Below the pieces are notes generated by a model that was not told the DNA's origin, made no database searches, and saw nothing but the letters and a program-made list of their open reading frames with translations. A stretch of DNA of 64,000 bases from assembly GCA_963674735.2 (NCBI GenBank), contig CAXXQS010000001.1, positions 768,001 to 832,000 on the forward strand. The letters run 5' to 3'. This document shows, piece after piece, positions 57,018-64,000 of the stretch. Every line of letters starts with the position of its first letter. Position 1 is the stretch's first letter. The position numbers and the translations under genes are program-made. The DNA is from Myxococcota bacterium. GTDB taxonomy: Bacteria > Myxococcota_A > SURF-8.

Positions 57018-57896
57018 TTGATCGAGTACCAGCGTGAAATTTCGGGGAGCGCCCCCGCGAAAGTCAACGCCTATTTAGCGGTGCACGCGAAGCGGTGCGA
57101 TGACTTTCATGAGGTGGAGTCTCTGATTGTTCCTGTTGATTTGTGCGATACTCTAACGCTCTGCGTTGGAGTGAATAGGCCGGTTGAGGTGTGCTGCCCG
57201 GCTGTGCCCTCATTGGAAACGAATGACAATCTTGCGGTGCGTGCGGCGCGCTGGTATCTGGCGCGTCTGCCGAGTCGTTTTAACGGGCTTGGCGCGCACA
57301 TTACAATTGAAAAGCGGATCCCTTTGGCTGCCGGTTTGGGAGGTGGCAGCGCCGATGCCGCAGCCGTTTTGCGACTGTTGGAGCAGGTTTTAGGGTATCC
57401 GCTCGGCCGTGCGGAAATCGGGCGATGCGCAGGTGAAATCGGCGCGGATGTTCCGGCTTGTTTTGATGGGAAATGCCGTTGGGTTTCGGGAATCGGTGAC
57501 GTGTTGGGAGAGCGAGTCGAGCTTCCCCGTATGTGGTTGGTTCTTGTCAATCCGGGGTTTGAGGTTTCCACCCGTTGGGTTTATGAAAATCTTGCGAGTA
57601 CAAGGTTGACAAAGCATCCCATTGGTGGTAGGAAACTGACGCGATTCTCGGGAGTCTCGGACGTTGCGGCGTTTATGAGAAACGACCTCGAATCGGTGAC
57701 GTTTCAGGCATTTCCTGATCTTTCACAAGTGAGGAAGGCACTGCACGAGCAAGATGCTTTAGGAGTGTTGATGGCGGGGAGTGGCCCCACCGTCTTCGGG
57801 CTTTTCGAAAGGCTCGAAAACGCGGTTGAGGCAAGGAAGCATCTCACCGCAGCATTTCCCAAATGGGGCGTGTGGGTGGCATCCAACATCATCTAA
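57018..57896 (+). CDS. ispE: 4-(cytidine 5'-diphospho)-2-C-methyl-D-erythritol kinase
   Basis: APAKVN, KRIPLAAGLGGGSADAA, GADVP, NDLE, M.GSGPTVF. Confidence 0.96.
   Translation: MIEYQREISGSAPAKVNAYLAVHAKRCDDFHEVESLIVPVDLCDTLTLCVGVNRPVEVCCPAVPSLETNDNLAVRAARWYLARLPSRFNGLGAHITIEKRIPLAAGLGGGSADAAAVLRLLEQVLGYPLGRAEIGRCAGEIGADVPACFDGKCRWVSGIGDVLGERVELPRMWLVLVNPGFEVSTRWVYENLASTRLTKHPIGGRKLTRFSGVSDVAAFMRNDLESVTFQAFPDLSQVRKALHEQDALGVLMAGSGPTVFGLFERLENAVEARKHLTAAFPKWGVWVASNII
57606..57634 (+). promoter_or_regulatory. Putative promoter inside ispE for spoVG/tRNA/prs
   Basis: TTGACA-N17-TAGGAA. Confidence 0.4.
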
Positions 57897-57920
57897 GAGT
57901 TGATTATGAAGGATTGAGCC

Positions 57921-58220
57921 ATGGAGATCACCGAAGTAAAAGTCTTTCCGGTTAATGAAGACAAGCTCAAGGCCTACGTCACGGTAACGTTCGATCATTG
58001 CTTCATCGTGCGCGACTTGAAGGTGATTGACGGGAATACCGGCTATTTCGTGGCGATGCCCAGCAAAAAGCGAAAGGATGGTACCTTCCGCGATATCGCG
58101 CATCCGCTAAACAGCGAGTGTCGAGAAAAGCTGGAGACCATCGTGCTGGATGCATACCGGAATGAAACCAGTGGTGTTGGTGAAGAAGCCGAAAGACAAG
58201 CGGCTCAGGAAGAACACTAA
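57921..58220 (+). CDS. spoVG: Septation regulator SpoVG
   Basis: MEITEVKV, FVAMPSKKRKDG.FRDIAHPLN. Confidence 0.97.
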   Translation: MEITEVKVFPVNEDKLKAYVTVTFDHCFIVRDLKVIDGNTGYFVAMPSKKRKDGTFRDIAHPLNSECREKLETIVLDAYRNETSGVGEEAERQAAQEEH

Positions 58221-58281
58221 ACGCAGTTGATTTGATCGTGCATTCTTCTGATTGAAGAAGGAGGCGATTCCCGGTCAGCTT

Positions 58282-58356
58282 TGGGGTGTCGTCAAGTGGT
58301 AAGACACTGGATTTTGGTTCCAGCATTCGCAGGTTCGAATCCTGCCACCCCAGCCA
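58282..58356 (+). tRNA. tRNA-Gln(TTG)
   Basis: TGGGGTG acceptor stem; anticodon arm CTGGA-TTTTGGT-TCCAG; GGTTCGAATCC; encoded CCA; upstream of prs. Confidence 0.97.
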
Positions 58357-58473
58357 CTTTTCATACTGCGTGATCGATGAATAGCAAATCGGCCAACCCG
58401 GCCGATGCAGTTTGGTGGACCCTGTTACAGATTAGTGTAAACGATCTAAAACGGACAAACGGCAGGTTCTGGA

Positions 58474-59457
58474 ATGTACAAATCTCTCGACAACATGAGA
58501 ATCCTCAGCGGGAATGGCAACCGCCCGTTGGCCGAGAACATCTGCAAATACTTGAATCTGCCGCTCGGGCAAGCGGTGGTGGATCATTTCGCCGATGGCG
58601 AGGTGATGGTCAAGATCCTCGATAACATTCGCAATCGCGATGTGTTTATCGTGCAACCGACGTGTCCGCCGGTTAACGATAGCCTGATGGAACTGCTGGT
58701 GATGGTCGACGCCGTCAAACGCGCTTCGGCTGCTTCTATTACAGCCATCATCCCGTATTACGGGTATGCCCGTCAGGATCGTAAGGCCGCCCCGCGTACG
58801 CCGATTTCCGCGAAACTGGTTGCCGATCTGATTCAGGTTGCCGGTGTACGGCGCATGGTTGCGATCGATCTGCACGCCAATCAGATCCAGGGTTTCTTCA
58901 ACTTCGCCGTTGACAATCTGTTTGGTGCGAATGTGTTGGTGGGGTATCTGAAAAAGACCCTATGGAAAAGCTCTTACGATCCCGGATCTCAGAAATCCAA
59001 TATCGTGATGGTTTCGCCGGATGTGGGTGGAGCCGAGCGCGCGCGTAGTTTCGGCAAGCAGCTCGATGCCTCGCTGGCGATTGTCGATAAACGGCGGCCC
59101 GAAGCCAACGTCTCCGATGTGATGAATGTCGTGGGTCGAGTCAAAGGTCGCGACGCCGTTTTGCTGGACGATATGGTCGACACGGCCGGTAGCCTCACCA
59201 AGGCGGCTGCCGCGATTGCCGATCTAGGTGCCAAACGTGTGTGGGCTTGCTGTACACACCCGCTCCTGTCGGGCGATGCCGTCAAACGTATCGAGGAATC
59301 CCCCATCGAACGGCTCATTGTCACCGATACCATTCCCTTGCGGGAAGATGCATTGAAATCAGAGAAAATCGTCGTCGTTTCCATCGCCGACCTTTTGGCC
59401 GAGGCCATTCGGCGATTGTTGACGAACGAATCGATTAGTGAGTTGTTTTACAGCTAA
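58474..59457 (+). CDS. prs: Ribose-phosphate pyrophosphokinase
   Basis: FADGE, PYYGYARQDRK, DLHA.QIQGFF, DDMVDTAGS. Confidence 0.98.
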   Translation: MYKSLDNMRILSGNGNRPLAENICKYLNLPLGQAVVDHFADGEVMVKILDNIRNRDVFIVQPTCPPVNDSLMELLVMVDAVKRASAASITAIIPYYGYARQDRKAAPRTPISAKLVADLIQVAGVRRMVAIDLHANQIQGFFNFAVDNLFGANVLVGYLKKTLWKSSYDPGSQKSNIVMVSPDVGGAERARSFGKQLDASLAIVDKRRPEANVSDVMNVVGRVKGRDAVLLDDMVDTAGSLTKAAAAIADLGAKRVWACCTHPLLSGDAVKRIEESPIERLIVTDTIPLREDALKSEKIVVVSIADLLAEAIRRLLTNESISELFYS

Positions 59458-59490
59458 GAAAATCTGGAAGTTTCGCAACGGAGGCTCTTC

Positions 59491-60135
59491 ATGGAACCGA
59501 TAAATCTGACTGTCAACCCGCGGACGCAAACCGGCAAATCCGCGGCTCGTATTTTTCGCGCCGATGGCTCTTTTCCTGCCGTTCTGTACGGAGCGGGTAA
59601 AGAGGCTATCCATATTCTGGTCAAGCCGGAAGATCTGGAAGACGCACTTGATACGCCTTATCGCCGCAACACGCTGCTTTCGTTGAATCTCGATGGCGAG
59701 CAACACCTGGCCGTTATCAAAGAAGTGCAAAAACACCCGGTAAGCAAGCAGATCCAGCACGTGGATTTCTATGCGGTTTCTTTGGATCAGGTCGTGGAAT
59801 ACAAGGTCCCGCTGGTTACGACAGGAAAATCCAAGGGTGTGCAGCTTGGTGGGCACCTGTTCCAACTTTACCGTACGGTCAAGCTGTCCTGCAAACCGGC
59901 GGAAGTACCTGAGACTGTCGAACTCGATATCACCAGTCTTGACATCAACGACAAGCTGTCCGTATCGGATTTGCCCGCGATTGACGGCGTCACCTATCTG
60001 CAGCGTGACAACGTCGTGTTGATTCAGGTGAAGAGCGGGCGTGGTGCCGACTTGGAGGATGAGGAAGCTGAGGGCGCGGATGAGGCCGAGGGCGCTGAAG
60101 GTGCTGACGCGGAGGCCGCCGGACAGGAAAGCTAG
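59491..60135 (+). CDS. rplY: 50S ribosomal protein L25/Ctc
   Basis: GK.AAR..R, PAVLYG, Q.HPV...I.HVDF; acidic tail. Confidence 0.96.
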   Translation: MEPINLTVNPRTQTGKSAARIFRADGSFPAVLYGAGKEAIHILVKPEDLEDALDTPYRRNTLLSLNLDGEQHLAVIKEVQKHPVSKQIQHVDFYAVSLDQVVEYKVPLVTTGKSKGVQLGGHLFQLYRTVKLSCKPAEVPETVELDITSLDINDKLSVSDLPAIDGVTYLQRDNVVLIQVKSGRGADLEDEEAEGADEAEGAEGADAEAAGQES

Positions 60136-60137
60136 GC

Positions 60138-60725
60138 TTGAAACTTGTAGTTGGGCTCGGGAATCCTGGAGGGAAGTATGCCGCGACTCGGCATAATCTG
60201 GGGTTTGCCGTTCTTGATGAGGTTGCCCGGCGTCTGAGTGTAGCGGTTACGCGCGAAAAGTTCGGTGCGCAGATGGGTGAGACGCGGTTTAGAGGCGAGA
60301 AAATCGTCCTTTTGAAACCGCAGACATATATGAATCGCAGCGGGGATGCTGTGAGCGAAGCCTTGGGATTCTTCAAGGCAGACATAGCGGATCTAATCGT
60401 CATACACGACGACTTGGACTTGGAGTTCGGAAAACTCAAGGTCAAAGTCGGAGGATCGGATGGCGGTCATAAAGGGATTCGCTCTATTCTTTCTTCTGTA
60501 AAAGATCGGCAATTTGCCCGGGTGCGAATGGGGATAGGCAAACCCGAATATGGAGAGGACGTAGTTGATTATGTGCTACGTTCCTTTTACCCATGGCAGC
60601 AGCGCTATGTTGCCGAGTGGGTTGCCATCGGCGCTGACGCCGTCGCGACCCTGCTTGGTGATGGCGTCGTGGCGGCCACCAATTCATTTAATCGAAAAAT
60701 TTGGTTTGAGCCGATAAGGGAGTGA
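60138..60725 (+). CDS. pth: Peptidyl-tRNA hydrolase
   Basis: VGLGNPG..Y..TRHN.GF, KPQTYMN.SG, HDDLDL, GGHKG. Confidence 0.98.
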   Translation: MKLVVGLGNPGGKYAATRHNLGFAVLDEVARRLSVAVTREKFGAQMGETRFRGEKIVLLKPQTYMNRSGDAVSEALGFFKADIADLIVIHDDLDLEFGKLKVKVGGSDGGHKGIRSILSSVKDRQFARVRMGIGKPEYGEDVVDYVLRSFYPWQQRYVAEWVAIGADAVATLLGDGVVAATNSFNRKIWFEPIRE

Positions 60726-60787
60726 TTGGATGTGCACGTTTTTTTGGGATGCTATGGGAAGCTAAACGACAAGGAGGGAACAAGATT

Positions 60788-62959
60788 ATGCAGGAATTGA
60801 CCTACGCAGCGATCGTAGCGGGCGCGTTGGCGCTGGTGTTCGCCTTTATTAAGGCGAGATGGGTGAAGAAACAGGAGGTCGGCACGGATCGTATGAAGGA
60901 AATCGCCGGTTACATCCAAGAGGGTGCAATGGCCTTCCTTGGACGTGAGTACAAAGTTTTGTCGATTTTCGTGCTCGTCGTCGCTGTTTTGCTTGCGGTC
61001 AGCAACAACATCGATGGATCCCACTGGATGATCGCGGTGTCGTTTGTGTTTGGTGCCTTCTGCTCGGCTCTGGCAGGGTATTTCGGTATGCGCGTGGCGA
61101 CCAACGCCAACGTGCGTACAGCCAACAAAGCCCGCGTCAGCCTGAACGACGGCCTGGCGGTCGCGTTCTCGGGTGGTACGGTTATGGGGATGTGCGTGGT
61201 CGGCCTCGGCGTCTTGGGCCTGTCGATCCTGTTCCTGTCTTATCAGGCTTTCTGGCCGGGCCAGGACAACCTGATGAAGGTGATCAATGTCGTGTCCGGT
61301 TTCTCGCTGGGTGCTTCGTCGATCGCGTTGTTCGCTCGTGTGGGCGGCGGCATTTACACCAAAGCGGCCGATGTCGGCGCCGATTTGGTTGGTAAAGTGG
61401 AAGCCGGTATCCCCGAGGATGATCCGCGTAACCCCGCGACCATCGCCGATAACGTGGGCGACAACGTCGGTGACGTGGCCGGAATGGGTGCGGACCTTTT
61501 CGAGTCCTATGTCGGTTCGATCATCGGTGCGATGGTTCTCGGTGCCGTGGCGGTGCTCGTCAACGCCAATGGCAAAACGCTCAACGATCTACAGCTGGCC
61601 TTGATTCAGCTTCCGCTGGCGCTGGCCGCTCTCGGCATCGTGTTGTCGATCGTGGCCACGTTCTTCGTGCGTACCAAAGAAGGCGGCAATCCGCAGACGG
61701 CTCTGAATGCCGGAACCTTCGGCGCGGCGATCATGATGATCATCGTCAGCTATTTCCTCATCCAATACATCATGGGCGGCATGTCCTATGCGATGAGCCA
61801 GGGTGGCGTGGAATTCAAATATTGGGGTATCTGGGTGGCGATGACCTCCGGTCTGGTCGCCGGTACCTTCATCGGTATTGCCACTGAATACTACTGCGCT
61901 CCCGATCGTGGTCCGGTGAAAGGCATCGGACAGGCTTCGCTGACCGGTCCGGCCACCAACATCATCGCCGGCTTGGCCGTCGGTATGAAATCGACCGCTA
62001 TTCCGGTTATCCTGATTGCGTGTGCCGTTGTCGTGGCGTACAAATTCGCGGGTCTCTACGGTATTGCCATTTCCGCTCTCGGTATGCTGGCCACCACCGG
62101 TATCCAGCTGGCCGTCGACGCTTACGGTCCGGTGTCCGATAACGCCGGTGGAATCGCCGAAATGTGTGAACTGGGTAAGGAAGTGCGTAATCGTACCGAC
62201 AAGCTGGACGCAGTGGGCAACACCACCGCCGCCATCGGTAAAGGTTTCGCCATCGGTTCCGCGGCCCTGACCGCTTTGGCTCTGTTTGCCGCTTACATCT
62301 CCAAGATGCACGGCAACATCACGGCCATCGACGTGACCAACCCCAATACCATGGCGGGTCTGTTCATCGGCGCGATGCTGCCCTTCCTGTTCTCCTCCAT
62401 GGCCATGACGGCTGTCGGTGAAGCCGCTCAGTCGATGATCGAGGAAGTGCGCCGCCAGTTCAAGAGCATTCCCGAACTGAAAGCCGCGTTGGAAGTGATG
62501 CGCAAGATCGGTGACAATGCTCCCAACGAAGAGGAAAAGAAGATCCTCGATGCGTCCATCGGCAAAGCCGAATACGCCAAATGCGTCGATATTTCCACCG
62601 CAGCGGCGATCCGCAAGATGGTGCTTCCCGGAACCATGGCGGTTACCGTGCCGGTGCTCGTCGGCTTGTGGTCCCCGATGATGCTGGGTGGCTTGTTGGC
62701 AGGCGTTACCGTTTCCGGTGTATGCATGGCCATCTTCCAGTCGAATGCGGGTGGTGCCTGGGATAACGCCAAGAAATACATCGAAGAAGGGCATCATGGC
62801 GGCAAAGGCTCGGAAGCTCATAAAGCGGCGGTCACCGGTGACACCGTAGGCGACCCCTTCAAGGATACGTCGGGTCCCTCGTTGAACATCCTGATCAAGC
62901 TGATGAGCGTTGTGGCGATGGTTATCGCTCCGATCCTTTACAACATCCACTTCGCCTAA
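60788..62959 (+). CDS. hppA: Membrane-bound ion-translocating pyrophosphatase, K+-dependent type (probably Na+-pumping)
   Basis: [39 protein letters not shown] (Ala at the K+-dependence site), [10 protein letters not shown]. Confidence 0.97.
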   Translation: MQELTYAAIVAGALALVFAFIKARWVKKQEVGTDRMKEIAGYIQEGAMAFLGREYKVLSIFVLVVAVLLAVSNNIDGSHWMIAVSFVFGAFCSALAGYFGMRVATNANVRTANKARVSLNDGLAVAFSGGTVMGMCVVGLGVLGLSILFLSYQAFWPGQDNLMKVINVVSGFSLGASSIALFARVGGGIYTKAADVGADLVGKVEAGIPEDDPRNPATIADNVGDNVGDVAGMGADLFESYVGSIIGAMVLGAVAVLVNANGKTLNDLQLALIQLPLALAALGIVLSIVATFFVRTKEGGNPQTALNAGTFGAAIMMIIVSYFLIQYIMGGMSYAMSQGGVEFKYWGIWVAMTSGLVAGTFIGIATEYYCAPDRGPVKGIGQASLTGPATNIIAGLAVGMKSTAIPVILIACAVVVAYKFAGLYGIAISALGMLATTGIQLAVDAYGPVSDNAGGIAEMCELGKEVRNRTDKLDAVGNTTAAIGKGFAIGSAALTALALFAAYISKMHGNITAIDVTNPNTMAGLFIGAMLPFLFSSMAMTAVGEAAQSMIEEVRRQFKSIPELKAALEVMRKIGDNAPNEEEKKILDASIGKAEYAKCVDISTAAAIRKMVLPGTMAVTVPVLVGLWSPMMLGGLLAGVTVSGVCMAIFQSNAGGAWDNAKKYIEEGHHGGKGSEAHKAAVTGDTVGDPFKDTSGPSLNILIKLMSVVAMVIAPILYNIHFA

Positions 62960-62979
62960 GCTTCTATCAGTCCATCCAT

Positions 62980-63010
62980 AAAGCCCCGGTCATCTGGCCG
63001 GGGCTTTTTT
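62980..63010 (+). terminator. Intrinsic terminator
   Basis: AAAGCCCCGGTCA-TC-TGGCCGGGGCTTTTTT. Confidence 0.9.
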
Positions 63011-63318
63011 GTGTGCAGGTCGGTGGCCTGGCGGTGTGCGGTAAGTGAAAGCGATTAGAGGATATTTAAAAGCAGGGCAGGTGGGTGAATTCGTTGAATG
63101 CGCTGTTGAGACGATCTGCCGCGATTTCCGAATTCCACGCTTTTGGCGAAAATGGGTTCGTTTCGGTCTATGAGATAACTGTCCCAGCCAAATTGCGCGG
63201 ACTATTTTGGCAAAACGGTCTACTTCTGCAGCCCATCAGAATCAACCGGTGTTATTCTGGCCTGGCAGAGCCGGATGAAGAGAAATCACGAAAGTCCCGA
63301 CTGCCGAAGCTTGTATCC

Positions 63319-64000
63319 TTACGGAGTTTCGCCTACGCCGGTTTCGCTATATGTCGCGCCATAGCTGTTGTCTCCATTATGGTGGGCGCTGGCATCGAGG
63401 CAGACATTTGTATTGGAGAAGTCGTTGAAGTGCCACAATCCCATCGTGAAGGCATCGGGAACGAACGCCATCTGCTCGGTATAGCTGTTTCCTTCGTAGC
63501 GTGCAATTTTACTGACACGCACTTCATCGATATAACCGCGAAATCCCCATACTGCGTATTCGTCGAGTTGACCGACGGCCAGGTAGTCTTGCTGAAATCC
63601 GAAAGGCGTACTCCACCCCAAGGTGTTGGGTGCGTGGGCTTCAAGGACGCCGTTGACGTATAGATCCAGCCGGTCTTCGGCCCAAACGGTTGCGACGTGA
63701 TTCCAGGCTCCAATATCGATGGCATTGTTGCTGGAATGAATCCAGCCGGTTTTGGTGCTGCCGTCGGCATATTCCACGGCCGCGCCGAAGCGCGCCACCG
63801 CCGGGCGGTCGGCTCCACCTGCGTCGAAATTATTGCAGACGAGCAGAATGTAGTTGCCGACCGGTGATTGCAGCCATTTTTCCATGATGGCGTTGCCGCT
63901 GTTGTTGCAGTTTCCGGTTAGTTCCGTGGGGAAGATCCAGGCCTCCAGTGTGAACTCGGCATTGGGATCGTAATCATGTTCTTCATCCGGGATCAACAAG
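63319..64000 (-). CDS. Partial gene, C-terminal LamG/concanavalin-A-like domain
   Basis: FTLEAWI, WNHVA, LYVNG, F.GYIDEVRVS..ARY, LWHF; runs off the window end. Confidence 0.88.
   Translation of the reverse strand, partial: LLIPDEEHDYDPNAEFTLEAWIFPTELTGNCNNSGNAIMEKWLQSPVGNYILLVCNNFDAGGADRPAVARFGAAVEYADGSTKTGWIHSSNNAIDIGAWNHVATVWAEDRLDLYVNGVLEAHAPNTLGWSTPFGFQQDYLAVGQLDEYAVWGFRGYIDEVRVSKIARYEGNSYTEQMAFVPDAFTMGLWHFNDFSNTNVCLDASAHHNGDNSYGATYSETGVGETP

Noticed and set aside
58282-58356. tRNA as an integration site
   Set aside because: No integrase or duplicated tRNA 3' end; the conserved gene order is intact
63085-63663. 192-aa plus-strand ORF
   Set aside because: Overlaps the LamG gene antisense; no motifs

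Overview
64 kb of a GC-rich bacterial chromosome, most likely from a deltaproteobacterial/Myxococcota-like lineage (inferred from the gspC-N gene order including gspN, spoVG next to tRNA-Gln, and many Cys-rich lipoproteins). Core blocks are a Gld-like ABC module (11.8-16.1 kb), a complete type II secretion operon gspCDEFGHIJKLMN with a candidate sigma54 promoter and paired enhancer sites (31.9-46.9 kb), PilZ and NtrC-family regulators, and the conserved ispE-spoVG-tRNA-Gln-prs-rplY-pth-hppA block. An accessory region (17.6-31.8 kb) holds three orphan Rhs tip cassettes, an intact low-GC two-gene operon (4TM protein plus TM-TIR protein; candidate new anti-phage system), IS3-family wreckage with a perfect 74-bp palindrome, a decayed lipoprotein gene, and a metal-uptake operon (DUF2946-like leader, three lipoproteins, TonB-dependent receptor). 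Seven unrelated lipoproteins share an acidic 'DGD'-repeat linker, one of them a GH172-like protein whose catalytic residues appear substituted. Several REP/REPIN-like palindrome families sit at toxin-cassette junctions. All family calls come from motif recognition by eye; no searches were run.
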